Below are positions 18,727 to 28,265 of a stretch of 64,000 nt of DNA, piece by piece. Position numbers and translations under genes: made by a program. Numbering within the stretch: position 1 is the stretch's first letter; the number at the start of each line of letters is the position of its first letter. The stretch lies in contig JBFWNL010000001.1 of the NCBI GenBank assembly GCA_050251055.1, forward strand, positions 612,449-676,448, in the 5' to 3' direction. This stretch comes from Bacteriovoracia bacterium (GTDB lineage: Bacteria > Bdellovibrionota > UBA1018 > JBFWNL01). Below the pieces are notes generated by a model. The model was not told the origin of the DNA, searched no databases, and was given only the letters and a program-made list of their open reading frames with translations.

Positions 18727-19224
18727 CTAGAGACCTTTGGCCATGGCAATGGCCTTCGGAACGCTCGGGAGATTCATTTTCGCGTCGCGAATGATCTTCA
18801 CTGCTTCGGCTTGGCGCAGACGGCCCGCCTTCATTTTTTCGCAGAGAATGGGTTCGAGCGGATCAGTGATAGAGTATACCGACTTGTGCTGCGGCCAGAG
18901 GTTGTCGGTGGCGTTGCTACCGCCCATGCAAAGCGGGATGAAATGATCGATCTTGAACTCCTGGCGATTCATCTCTTGCACGTGAAAGCCAAGCTTGCGG
19001 TCGTAGTCGGCAATGATCGCGCGTTTGCGTTCAGTAGTAACGTTTCGCTCGCAGTAAGGAATTCCTTCAGGATAGCGTTTTTCCGTCGGCCGCTCGCAAA
19101 GCGATCCCGGCGTCATCTCGAGATCCGGCGAGGTTGGAAAATCATCTTCGGCTTGTGAAGGGGAAACCACCCAGGCTTGGGCAAGGAGTAGGACCAGGGA
19201 GCAAAAACGAGCCGTCTTGTTCAA
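18727..19224 (-). CDS. Secreted HNH-family endonuclease.
   Basis: Signal peptide MNKTARFCSLVLLLAQAWVVSPSQA. HNH core DHFIPLCMGGSNATDNLWPQH (His...Asn...His), with 4 extra Cys. Confidence 0.65.
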   Translation of the reverse strand: MNKTARFCSLVLLLAQAWVVSPSQAEDDFPTSPDLEMTPGSLCERPTEKRYPEGIPYCERNVTTERKRAIIADYDRKLGFHVQEMNRQEFKIDHFIPLCMGGSNATDNLWPQHKSVYSITDPLEPILCEKMKAGRLRQAEAVKIIRDAKMNLPSVPKAIAMAKGL

Positions 19225-19403
19225 GTAGCCTCCAATAGTCGAGCATTTGCGGTGCCCGGTAGAAACGCCGAACCGATCTTCGGCTTATATTCGAGTCGTG
19301 AAGGAAATACCTGAGCCCCCCGAAAACGTCAAAAACTCTTTACAAGACGCGAGGTTATATAAGATTCATATATTGCGCCGCACAAACGCATTGAAATACT
19401 TTG

Positions 19404-20795
19404 CTATTCTTTGTCTTCCAGTCCCTTCGGAGCAAGTTTGGAGAGCTGCACGGCCAGCCAAGGGGGCTGGCGGTCCATGATTTCCGCACGCTCCTTGCGC
19501 GCAACCGCCGAGCGCACGAGGTGCGCGCCAACATAGCGGAACGGCTCGGGCGGGAACTTTCCTGCCGACTTGCCGACCAGGGGGTACTGAGACCAGCGGT
19601 CGTGCTTATCCAAAGCGAGGCTCGCGAGGATTTTTCCGCCAATGCGGCTGGGTCCGACGCCGTTTCCACTCCACCCTACCCCATAGATGATCTGTTCCTG
19701 GCCCGCGAATCTTCCGAGTAGCGGCAGGCTATTCGGCGTCCGATCAATGGGGCCTGACCAGTCGTGGGTGACGGGCACATCCTTCAATAACGGGTAGTAG
19801 CGACGGAAATCCGCCTCCACGGCCCGTGCGCGCGCGCGATTTCGATCGAAGTCGGGGCGGAGATTTCCGCCGTAGGCGATTCCCCATCCGCCCTTGCCAA
19901 ACGCCACGCGGTGGTCCGCGGTGACGTGGTAATAGTCCACCATCATCTGAGAATCGGTGATGCACTCGCCGCCCGTCCAGCCGGTGCGCGCCAAGGCGTC
20001 TTGGGCGGGCGCGGTGACGATCATGTCACTCGTGATGGCGACGATGGAGCGGGACAGCTCGCGGATGCCGGCCGCCCAGGCATTGTTACAAATAACGAGC
20101 TTCTGGGCGGTCACCGTCCCACCGCCCGTGCGGATACGAACGGGCCGGGTGCGCGTGAAACTCTCGACCATCGTATTTTCAAAAATCCGCACGCCCATTT
20201 TCAGCGCCACCTGGCGCAGCCCCCGAACGTAACGGGCGGGATGTAAAGTCGCCGCCGTCATGTCCACCACGCCCGCGCGATGGGCGGGGGACCCGGTACG
20301 ACGGGCGATCTCCGTGTCCGGCAGCGCACGGAAGGCTTCCACGCCCAGCTTCTCGCAAACTTTGACCACACTATCCCAGGCGCCCATCTGCGCATTTGAG
20401 GTCGCCGTCCAAAGCCACGGGGACTTACGAAACTGGATGTCGATTTGATGCTCGCGGAAGAAGTCTGCAATTTCGCCAATGGCCGCTTCGGAGTCGCGCG
20501 CGACGGCCAAACCCTCCTCCCGCCCGCAAAGTTTCACGAGCGAGGAAATCTTCGGCCACCAAGAGAGCGCAAATCCGCCGTTCCGTCCGGAGGCTCCGCC
20601 GCCGCAAATATCTTGTTCCAGCACCACGACGTCGGCGCCCGGATCCTGCCGCTTAATTTCGAGGGCGGTCCAAAGACCCACGTAACCCCCACCTAACACG
20701 GCGATATCGGCTTTGCCTTCGCCCGACCAAGCCGGCGCTATGGGAGCGTCTCCGACGGTTTCTTCGAGCCAAAATGACCGGTGGGGCATCTGCAT
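19404..20795 (-). CDS. FAD-dependent oxidoreductase (DAO family, PuuB/OrdL-like).
   Basis: DIAVLGGGYVGLWTALEI is the FAD-binding GxGxxG motif. Length is 463 aa. Confidence 0.7.
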   Translation of the reverse strand: MQMPHRSFWLEETVGDAPIAPAWSGEGKADIAVLGGGYVGLWTALEIKRQDPGADVVVLEQDICGGGASGRNGGFALSWWPKISSLVKLCGREEGLAVARDSEAAIGEIADFFREHQIDIQFRKSPWLWTATSNAQMGAWDSVVKVCEKLGVEAFRALPDTEIARRTGSPAHRAGVVDMTAATLHPARYVRGLRQVALKMGVRIFENTMVESFTRTRPVRIRTGGGTVTAQKLVICNNAWAAGIRELSRSIVAITSDMIVTAPAQDALARTGWTGGECITDSQMMVDYYHVTADHRVAFGKGGWGIAYGGNLRPDFDRNRARARAVEADFRRYYPLLKDVPVTHDWSGPIDRTPNSLPLLGRFAGQEQIIYGVGWSGNGVGPSRIGGKILASLALDKHDRWSQYPLVGKSAGKFPPEPFRYVGAHLVRSAVARKERAEIMDRQPPWLAVQLSKLAPKGLEDKE

Positions 20796-20837
20796 GACGC
20801 CCTGCCACTTCTCACGCTTTCTGCTCTATTTCCAGCG

Positions 20838-22682
20838 CTAACCCGAGGAATCTCCACCCTGGATCGTGCGTTTGCTCCGCACCTTGCGGTGGTAGGCCAC
20901 GGCAAAACGATGCGCCTCATCGCGCACGTGGGTCAATAGCTTGTAAGCCGAAGTATGCGGCAGGAGCGAAACCGGGTTCTTGCGACCCGGGATAAACACG
21001 CGCTCGAAGGTGCTGGCCACTTCCTTGGCTTGAAAGTTCCTCTCGGTGCGCGCCTTCGCGAGACCAACCACGCCGATGCCTTGAATGTTCAGCTCCTCAA
21101 AGATGGAGACGGCCTGTGCCAGCTGGCCGCGGCCACCGTCGACCACGACCAGATCGGGAAAAGCATCCGGTCCGGAGCCGGCCGCGCCTCCCGTCGCTAG
21201 GCCCCGCTCGAAACGACGTCCCAAAACCTCGCGCATCATGGCGAAGTCGTTCGCGCCTTCCACCGTGCGGATCTTATAGCGGCGGTACAGGTCCTTGTCG
21301 GGCGCGCCATCGATAAACACCACGCGGGAGGCCACCGCATCGTCACCCTGGATGTTGGAGATGTCGTAGCACTCGATGCGCGAAGGCAAGCGAGGCAACT
21401 GCAATTTCCGCTGGACCTCTTCCAGCGCCTGCAGGCCGTGGCCCGCGTTGCGCTTCTGGGCGAGCTCGAGCGCATGCTTGGCGTTGGCACGCGCCACATT
21501 CACCAGCTGGGTGTCTTTTTCAAACTCTACGCTGCCGGGTTCCCCTCCGGGCACGCGGATCGCCAAACCGAGCGTGCGCTCGAGCAGGTCTGGATCTTCA
21601 GGCGCCGAAGGCAGGAGAACCTCCTGCGCCACCGGGGTGTAAAAGTCCGCATGCTCCGGATCCGCATCCTTCTTTTCTTCCTTCTTACGCTCGCCCAAAT
21701 AGAACTGGGCGAGAAACTCCGTGATAATCTCCAGGTCCGAAACGTCTGGATCCGTGTTCTGAAGGTGGAAGTGCTTGGCCGAGATGAGCTTACCCTTGCG
21801 GATCTGTAACACCGCCGCGTGCGCGTCCTGATCGGCGCGCGCGATCCCCACCACGTCGCGGTCTTTTTGCTCGGCCACGTCCATCACGCTTTGGGTTTCC
21901 GTCACGAGCTGGATGTTGGCGAGCTGGTCGCGGTAAAACGCCGCCTGTTCGTATTCTTCGCGATCAGACGCATCCTGCATCCCTCGCCTCAACTCCTGAA
22001 TGATCCGGTCGCCCTTGCCTTCGAGCACCGAAATCGCCTGCCCGATCGAATCTTTATACTGCTCGCCGGACACCTTCCCCACGCAGGGAGCCGAGCAACG
22101 GCCCATTTGGTAAAGCAGGCACGGACGGGAACGGTGCCGAAACGTGTTGTCGGAACAGTCCCGCAAAGCGAGCGTTTCATTTAAAAGCTGGAGTACCTGG
22201 CGAGCGGACCAAGCCGACGGAAACGGGCCGAAGTAGCGGGCGCCGTCGCGCCGGGGCTTACGGGTCCACTCCAACCGGGGAAAAGCCTCGCTCAAGTTGA
22301 TGCGGATGTAAGGATAGGCCTTGTCGTCCTTGAGCATCACGTTGAACTTTGGCTTGTGCTTCTTGATCAGGGTGCACTCTAAGATGAGCGCTTCCGCCTC
22401 GGTTTCCGTCAGGATCACTTCGAAGCGGTTGATGCGACGGACGAGGTTCTCGATGCGTAGGTGCTCGTGCGGGGCCGGCCTAAAATAGGTCGTGAGCCGG
22501 TTGCGCAGGTTCTTCGCCTTTCCCACGTATAGAACGACCCCCTCGGCATCCTTCATCAGATAGACGCCCGGAGCCGTCGAGGCCTCGCGTGCGGCGGAGG
22601 CGCACCTTTCTCGACTGGTTTTGTCTTCTATTATAACGGGAGGAGCCGGGGTAGGCTCGAAATCGTCATCCATTACGATCAC
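20838..22682 (-). CDS. uvrC: Excinuclease ABC subunit C.
   Basis: GIY-YIG region GVYLMKDAEGVVLYVGKAKNLRNRL, a UvrC Cys cluster region, and a C-terminal RNaseH-like/HhH part. Length is 614 aa. Confidence 0.85.
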   Translation of the reverse strand: MIVMDDDFEPTPAPPVIIEDKTSRERCASAAREASTAPGVYLMKDAEGVVLYVGKAKNLRNRLTTYFRPAPHEHLRIENLVRRINRFEVILTETEAEALILECTLIKKHKPKFNVMLKDDKAYPYIRINLSEAFPRLEWTRKPRRDGARYFGPFPSAWSARQVLQLLNETLALRDCSDNTFRHRSRPCLLYQMGRCSAPCVGKVSGEQYKDSIGQAISVLEGKGDRIIQELRRGMQDASDREEYEQAAFYRDQLANIQLVTETQSVMDVAEQKDRDVVGIARADQDAHAAVLQIRKGKLISAKHFHLQNTDPDVSDLEIITEFLAQFYLGERKKEEKKDADPEHADFYTPVAQEVLLPSAPEDPDLLERTLGLAIRVPGGEPGSVEFEKDTQLVNVARANAKHALELAQKRNAGHGLQALEEVQRKLQLPRLPSRIECYDISNIQGDDAVASRVVFIDGAPDKDLYRRYKIRTVEGANDFAMMREVLGRRFERGLATGGAAGSGPDAFPDLVVVDGGRGQLAQAVSIFEELNIQGIGVVGLAKARTERNFQAKEVASTFERVFIPGRKNPVSLLPHTSAYKLLTHVRDEAHRFAVAYHRKVRSKRTIQGGDSSG

Positions 22683-22767
22683 ACCTTACACCCATATCCC
22701 AATTGACGGGGAATGAAACACCCTGTTAGAAGTAGGCAAACCAAAAGAATCCCTCTAGGAGCCCCAA

Positions 22768-23202
22768 ATGGCCGGAAAATCGGACGTCGGAACCGAAACA
22801 CTCTCGTATTGCACTAGCTGTAAAATGGACCTCACCCACTTTATCGTGGCCATGAAGGGCGACAAGATCGCCAAGGTCGAATGCAAAACCTGCAAGAAGA
22901 CCCACGCTTTCAAAGCCCCGAAGGGCATCACGGAACCGGGCCAAAAGAAAACCCGCGCTTCGAAGAAAGCGACTGCGGAAATTAAGACGGTCGAAGCGGA
23001 GTGGGAACGGCTCATGACCACGCATAAAGACGCGCCGATGAAATCCTACACCATGAAGACGCTCTTTAGCCTGGGCGACAAGGTGAACCATAAGAACTTC
23101 GGCGAAGGCATCGTCGGCCGCCTGATCTATCCGAATAAAATCGAAGTCGTGTTCCGCACCGACGTAAAAATCCTGATCCATCAGGGCGTCAAGACGCCAT
23201 GA
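22768..23202 (+). CDS. Zinc-ribbon domain protein, hypothetical.
   Basis: YCTSCKM...VECKTCKK forms a CxxC...CxxC motif. The C-terminal domain has unknown function. Confidence 0.45.
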   Translation: MAGKSDVGTETLSYCTSCKMDLTHFIVAMKGDKIAKVECKTCKKTHAFKAPKGITEPGQKKTRASKKATAEIKTVEAEWERLMTTHKDAPMKSYTMKTLFSLGDKVNHKNFGEGIVGRLIYPNKIEVVFRTDVKILIHQGVKTP

Positions 23203-23831
23203 ATTTTCGCCGGGGGGCCGGCGCGCTGCTTTTTTTGGCGGCGCTTACCGCGTGCGCGGGTGCCCAAAAGAAAACCAAACCCGAGCTTGATGCGCTCGTG
23301 GGCAAGAAAGTTGCGCTCGTCGACGTAGACGCCGAGCCCACGCAACGAAACATCGTGGAAGTGGCGCTCGTAAACCAGCTCGTGAAGAAGGGCACCTTCA
23401 TCCTGGTCTCCAAGCAGGATTACGAAGCCGCGAAAGCCCGCCCCGAAATTGGCCCTGGCGACTGGAAGAAAGCGGCCCAAGCTGCCGGCGCGGATTTCGC
23501 GCTCCAGGCGAAGGTCCTGCAGTTTGACGCCAAGGAGCACGAGGGCTATTCACGCGAAGAAGTCTACGATAGCCAGCTCGCCGAAGAACGCGGCGAAAAA
23601 GAAGGTAAAACCCAGCGCCTCTACAAGGTGAAATCGCTCGAGGGCAAGATCCGCGTCCGGATCCAATTCGACGATCTCAAGCAGGAAGACACGCGCGTCG
23701 CCGTGGCCGAAAAATCTGATCGCGCCCAAGCCGACAATCGTAAGGGAGCGATTCACCTGCCCGAAAAAATCCGTTTCATGGAGGCGCTCGCCAACGCTGC
23801 CTTCGACGAGTTCTTCGAGACCTACCGATAA
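23199..23831 (+). CDS. Lipoprotein, hypothetical.
   Basis: Lipobox AALTAC. Its start overlaps the upstream gene stop by 4 bp, which suggests an operon. Confidence 0.5.
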   Translation: MNFRRGAGALLFLAALTACAGAQKKTKPELDALVGKKVALVDVDAEPTQRNIVEVALVNQLVKKGTFILVSKQDYEAAKARPEIGPGDWKKAAQAAGADFALQAKVLQFDAKEHEGYSREEVYDSQLAEERGEKEGKTQRLYKVKSLEGKIRVRIQFDDLKQEDTRVAVAEKSDRAQADNRKGAIHLPEKIRFMEALANAAFDEFFETYR

Positions 23832-23837
23832 AAATAC

Positions 23838-23877
23838 AAAAGGCCAGTCCCCTCGCGGAAACCGGCCTCTTTTAAAG
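23838..23877. terminator. Candidate bidirectional intrinsic terminator between convergent genes.
   Basis: AAAAGGCC-[18-nt loop]-GGCCTCTTTT: a 5-bp GC stem flanked by an A-tract on one side and a T-tract on the other. Confidence 0.3.
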
Positions 23878-23894
23878 ACTGAACAAAACGGATC

Positions 23895-24143
23895 TTAGTG
23901 CGTCGAGGTCGAGGTTTCGCTGGTGGTTTCCGTGTGGGTTTCGGTGTGCGTGCCGGCGCCTTTCTTCTCTTCCTTCTTCATCTTCTTCGTCATCTTCTTC
24001 ACGGCTTTAGTCGTCGTGGTCGCACCGTGCTCGGCCGTCGCGTGAGCGGCATCCGTGGCCGGAGCCGTCGCATGTCCGTGATCGTCGCCAAAAGCCACGG
24101 GAGCGGAGAGAGCCAATACCATCAATGGAATGAGTTTCTTCAT
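23895..24143 (-). CDS. Small secreted His-rich protein (possible periplasmic metal binder).
   Basis: Signal peptide MKKLIPLMVLALSAPVAFG, then DDHGHATAPATDAAHATAEHG...THTETHTE...STH. Confidence 0.45.
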   Translation of the reverse strand: MKKLIPLMVLALSAPVAFGDDHGHATAPATDAAHATAEHGATTTTKAVKKMTKKMKKEEKKGAGTHTETHTETTSETSTSTH

Positions 24144-24213
24144 CTAGTCTTCCTTATCGATTAGTTACTGCGTTACCCCCTAAATGTTCCAGAGGTAACT
24201 CTGAAAAACAAGA

Positions 24214-25398
24214 TTAGCTTGAGGACTTTAATCGTTTTTCCGCGAGCTCAAGCAAAGTCTCCGGATCCGTCCCCTCTTCCGGACAGGTGACGATCCCGTA
24301 CTTCAGCCGACTGCCCAAGGTCTTTTCAATGCGGCCCAGCAAACGGGGGGCATCCCCCAGCTTGCAGTCGTCCATCACGATTGCGACCTCGCCCCGGTCA
24401 GCCAACGAATAGGCCGCGTCCGATGCCCGGAACAGGCATTTCCGCATCTGTCCCCGGAATGCGTCGACGTCCTCGCCCGAGGGGACGGCGATGAGCGCAA
24501 GCGCCACCGAGCTGAGATCCGTGGAGCTTTCAAAAATGCGCGAACTGATAACGGCGCGAATGGCGTCGCGGGAACTCAACTCCGGCAAGCTCAAGGTGAG
24601 TACGATTTCAACCTTCCCGGGCGAACTTTGGGCCTGCTGGGTGAACTTGCCGTGATGCAGGTGGAGAATTTGATGCACGAGTAGCAGCTCGCTCCCAATC
24701 CCCTCCCGGGTTCGGGTAAGAAAGGCCTCTTGGGTGCCGACGGTTCCACGAAAAGCCGCGCCCGCGCTCCCTGCCCCGCTCTTGAAGGCAACGGAAGCTT
24801 CCACCCAGTGGGACTTCCATTCCTCCGCCATGGGAGCTGGAATCTCGAAGCGAAAGTCAATCGCATGCGGCGCGTACTTGATTTGTACGTGACTACCCGG
24901 TTGGGCGCGGGCCACTAGGACCTGAAGCACGAGATCAACGGCGCGACCGAGTTTCTGGGGGTCGCCCAGGATGGGAGCCGTAACGTCGACCAGCTGTTCG
25001 GAACCAGCCAGATCGCCCGGCTGCCCCCCAATGGGAAACGTCGCATTCCCCACGAACTCAAATTGCAGGCCCTGCCCCTTGAAAAGCACGGCGTTGGCCG
25101 CGCACCGACGGTGCACTAGGCGGGGAAAATCGATCTCGCGCAGCCGCGCATGAAACGTACCGCTCTCCATCGCCGCAAGGTCCAAAAGCTCGCCCAATGT
25201 CTGATGCAGGCGAAGCGCGTTCCGGCGAGCCATGCCCACGAGCTCCTTCACCGAGAACTCCCCCGGCGTGTCCCCCTGCTCCTCCAAAATGCCCAAGGAG
25301 TTGAGGATACCGGTGAGCGGCGTGCGCAGCTCGTGTGAAATCAGCGAAAGCAAATTGGACTGGAACGAACGAAAGAGCGCTTCATCGCTGGGGCGCAA
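24214..25398 (-). CDS. Histidine-kinase-like protein with a HisKA phosphoacceptor, a degenerate ATPase region and an extra C-terminal domain.
   Basis: LISHELRTPLTGI is the H-box. There are no clear N/G1/G2 boxes. The C-terminal ~120 aa are unassigned. Confidence 0.5.
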   Translation of the reverse strand: MRPSDEALFRSFQSNLLSLISHELRTPLTGILNSLGILEEQGDTPGEFSVKELVGMARRNALRLHQTLGELLDLAAMESGTFHARLREIDFPRLVHRRCAANAVLFKGQGLQFEFVGNATFPIGGQPGDLAGSEQLVDVTAPILGDPQKLGRAVDLVLQVLVARAQPGSHVQIKYAPHAIDFRFEIPAPMAEEWKSHWVEASVAFKSGAGSAGAAFRGTVGTQEAFLTRTREGIGSELLLVHQILHLHHGKFTQQAQSSPGKVEIVLTLSLPELSSRDAIRAVISSRIFESSTDLSSVALALIAVPSGEDVDAFRGQMRKCLFRASDAAYSLADRGEVAIVMDDCKLGDAPRLLGRIEKTLGSRLKYGIVTCPEEGTDPETLLELAEKRLKSSS

Positions 25399-25508
25399 GT
25401 CGTCATTGGTGGGTTGATGGCCAACCGGCGAGATTTTAACGACGGCACTCTTGCCGGTCTTGTTCCCCTTAGGAGCCGACTTCGTCTTTCCCGCTCCCCG
25501 AGTTTTTT

Positions 25509-26630
25509 TCAGTCAAATCTCCCGATTTGGACGATCTGACGGGGATCCACGCTCTGCGCGGTGAGGATGGATATCTTCTGCGCGACCGTCCGGGCTAGCC
25601 CAACGAACGCCTGCGAAATTTCCGATTTACGATCCCACAACACGGCGGGCGTCCCCTCGTCGCCGCCCTGGCGAACGGTGGGCACGATCGGCAACTTCGC
25701 CAGCAGCGGGGTGCCAAGCTTACGCTGGAGCATCTCTCCACCGCCGGAACCAAAGAGCTCATGTTTGGTCGAGCAGTTTCCGCACATGAAATAGCTCATG
25801 TTCTCAACCACGCCCACGACCGGAATCTTCACCTTGTCCCACATGTGAAACGCCTTGCGCACGTCTTGCAAAGCGACTTCTTGGGGCGTCGTCACCATCA
25901 CGGTGCCCGCCACCGGCACGAGCTGCGCGAGCGAGAGCTGCACGTCGCCGGTGCCCGGAGGCATGTCGACCACTAAGTAATCGAGCTGGCCCCAATCCAC
26001 CATATGGCAGAACTGGTTCACGACATTGTGAAGCATCGGCCCGCGCCAGATCATCGGTTGGTCACCCTGAGTCAGGAATCCCATCGACATGACTTTCACG
26101 CCATGCGCGACGGGCGGCACGAACACCTCTTGGACACCTTGGGGACCCGGGCGCTGGACGATTTTCGGGCCGTCGATCACGCCCATCATGGTGGGAATGT
26201 TCGGACCATAGATGTCGGCGTCCATGAGACCCACGCGCGCGCCCTCGAGCGCTAGCGCCGTGGCGAGGTTTACGGAAACGGTGCTCTTGCCGACGCCACC
26301 CTTACCGCTCGAAACGGCGATGATGTTCTGCACACCGGGAATGGCGTTCTTGGCCGCGATCTGGTTACCGCGCGAGCGTACCTGCGAATCCATTTTCACT
26401 TGGATATCGCGTACGCCAGCCACGGCACCCACGGCATTTCGACAGTCGGCTTCGATCTTTGCTTTCATCGGACAGGCCGGCGTAGTCAGCACCACCCGGA
26501 ACGAGACCCGCTCGCCCTGAATATCGAGATCCTGAATCATATTCAGCGACACTAAGTCCTTACCCAAGTCCGGGTCTTTTACGGTGGAGAGTGCGCCTAA
26601 AACCGCTTGCCGATCAACGCTCATTGCCAT
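25509..26630 (-). CDS. apbC: Mrp/ApbC/NBP35-family Fe-S cluster carrier ATPase.
   Basis: AVSSGKGGVGKST is the deviant Walker A. An N-terminal DUF59-like segment is present, and CxxC appears near the C-terminus. Confidence 0.85.
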   Translation of the reverse strand: MAMSVDRQAVLGALSTVKDPDLGKDLVSLNMIQDLDIQGERVSFRVVLTTPACPMKAKIEADCRNAVGAVAGVRDIQVKMDSQVRSRGNQIAAKNAIPGVQNIIAVSSGKGGVGKSTVSVNLATALALEGARVGLMDADIYGPNIPTMMGVIDGPKIVQRPGPQGVQEVFVPPVAHGVKVMSMGFLTQGDQPMIWRGPMLHNVVNQFCHMVDWGQLDYLVVDMPPGTGDVQLSLAQLVPVAGTVMVTTPQEVALQDVRKAFHMWDKVKIPVVGVVENMSYFMCGNCSTKHELFGSGGGEMLQRKLGTPLLAKLPIVPTVRQGGDEGTPAVLWDRKSEISQAFVGLARTVAQKISILTAQSVDPRQIVQIGRFD

Positions 26631-26680
26631 GAGGAAGATGTATCAAAAACGGTAAGCTGGAGCAACCGCGTAGGTTTTGG

Positions 26681-26914
26681 TTATTTTTTGAGCTGAGCGA
26701 GCTCTTGTTCAAGTAGCTCGGTCACTTCGAACTCACAGCCCCCGCAACCGGTGTTAGCACAGGTCTCGGCGCGGATCTTTTCGATCGTGTGCGCGCCTTT
26801 AGCGATGGCTTCCTTGATGGTTTTACGAGAAACACAGTGGCAAAAGCAAACCGTCGACTCGTCGTCGATCACGGGAAGCTCTTGATCCAGTTTCTTTGCT
26901 GCGCCGCTTTCCAT
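26681..26914 (-). CDS. bfd: BFD-like [2Fe-2S]-binding protein.
   Basis: CFCHCVS...CANTGCGGC is the four-Cys BFD-like pattern. Length is 77 aa. Confidence 0.7.
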   Translation of the reverse strand: MESGAAKKLDQELPVIDDESTVCFCHCVSRKTIKEAIAKGAHTIEKIRAETCANTGCGGCEFEVTELLEQELAQLKK

Positions 26915-27146
26915 AGTTGAATTTTACCACAAAACTTATCGGCAGAATTCGCCGTTTACTGAAATCATCATAATTTCAAATAGATGCATCATCCCCACTC
27001 ATTGCCCTCTCCCTTCCGAGCACTTCACTCGCTAGGACCGGGACGCCCCTCCGTGGGATTGACCGCCTTTTCCGCATGGAAGCGTGTCCCCCTCCGGGCT
27101 AAAGTTTGAATGCTCCGCGGAGGGTTGAAGGAGTCGAAGGGCCAGT

Positions 27147-28262
27147 TCAAAGGGTGAACTTCAGGTCGAGGCGGAGCTGATAGCGGCGGTTACCGTCTTG
27201 GTGAGCGATCGCGCCGAGTTCTTCCGCATAGGAATTGGCCGTGATCCTCAGCAGCCAGGCATTGAACCCAAACCCGTAGGTGAGGTAGACGCCGTTATAG
27301 CCACCGTAAATCGACATGTTGACGAAGTCGATCTCAAGGCCGAAGTGGTTCCGTAAGCGCCAGTCCGTGTCATTGAAAATATTTCGATGATCGTAAGCGA
27401 ACGTAAACTGCGCCACGCTGCCCGTGTCGTAACGAATCGCCGTGCCGATGCCAAAATTCCCCATTTGCGTTTGCGGCCCTGGACTGTCGTCCCCGAAGTT
27501 CGTGTCTCCAACATCGAGGAAAGCGGCCCCCACGCTGAAGGTCACCTGGGGACCGATGGGCATAGAATACTGGGTCCCGAGATCCATGCCAATTCCGTAG
27601 TGGTAGTTGCCCATGATTCCCGTGATGAGGCTCGGCCCGCGGCTGAGTTGAAACAGCGTGCCCGTGGGCATGATCCGATAGCCCCCGCGGCGCCACAAGA
27701 ACTTGCCCGCCATCCCTACCCGCAGCTCGGGTTGGGCGATCTTCGAGCGGCGCGGACGCTTGGCGTTGCCGAGCAAGTTAAACGCCATGCCGGCCTGAAA
27801 ACCGTTCGTCATCTGGTAGCCCAAGGTGATTTGCGGCAGCGCCTGATTTTTTTCCAGCAACGCAACCTGCCCGTCCAGGAGCAAGGCAAAACCAAACCCT
27901 TGCATCACGTAGGTCGGGGTGATCTGGGCCCGTCCGTAGATATTCTTGCCCATGAGCTCGTTGAGGGAGCTGGCGGAAAAACTACTGAAGGCGCTGGAAC
28001 TCTTGGTGTACGCCGCATAGGCGTCGACCGAACCTTCGACGAAAGCATCGAGATAATGAATCTGCGCGCGATCCACGGCCGCAAGGCCGGCCGGGTTCAG
28101 GAACAAAGCCTCCTCATCGTCGGCGATCGCGATGTGCGCCCCGCCCATGCCGGTGGAGCGCGCGCCTCGATACATGTCCCGCAACGCCCAGTCGCCGTAA
28201 TCGGCACGGACGTCGAAGGAGACGAAGGTTAGCAAGGAGATGAGCGGGAAAACGTACCGCAT
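27147..28262 (-). CDS. Outer-membrane beta-barrel protein, hypothetical.
   Basis: Signal peptide MRYVFPLISLLTFVSFDVRA. Gly/Tyr/Phe-rich amphipathic strands. The antisense ORF 27387..28232 is Arg/His-rich and I consider it spurious. Confidence 0.55.
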   Translation of the reverse strand: MRYVFPLISLLTFVSFDVRADYGDWALRDMYRGARSTGMGGAHIAIADDEEALFLNPAGLAAVDRAQIHYLDAFVEGSVDAYAAYTKSSSAFSSFSASSLNELMGKNIYGRAQITPTYVMQGFGFALLLDGQVALLEKNQALPQITLGYQMTNGFQAGMAFNLLGNAKRPRRSKIAQPELRVGMAGKFLWRRGGYRIMPTGTLFQLSRGPSLITGIMGNYHYGIGMDLGTQYSMPIGPQVTFSVGAAFLDVGDTNFGDDSPGPQTQMGNFGIGTAIRYDTGSVAQFTFAYDHRNIFNDTDWRLRNHFGLEIDFVNMSIYGGYNGVYLTYGFGFNAWLLRITANSYAEELGAIAHQDGNRRYQLRLDLKFTL

Positions 28263-28265
28263 CGC

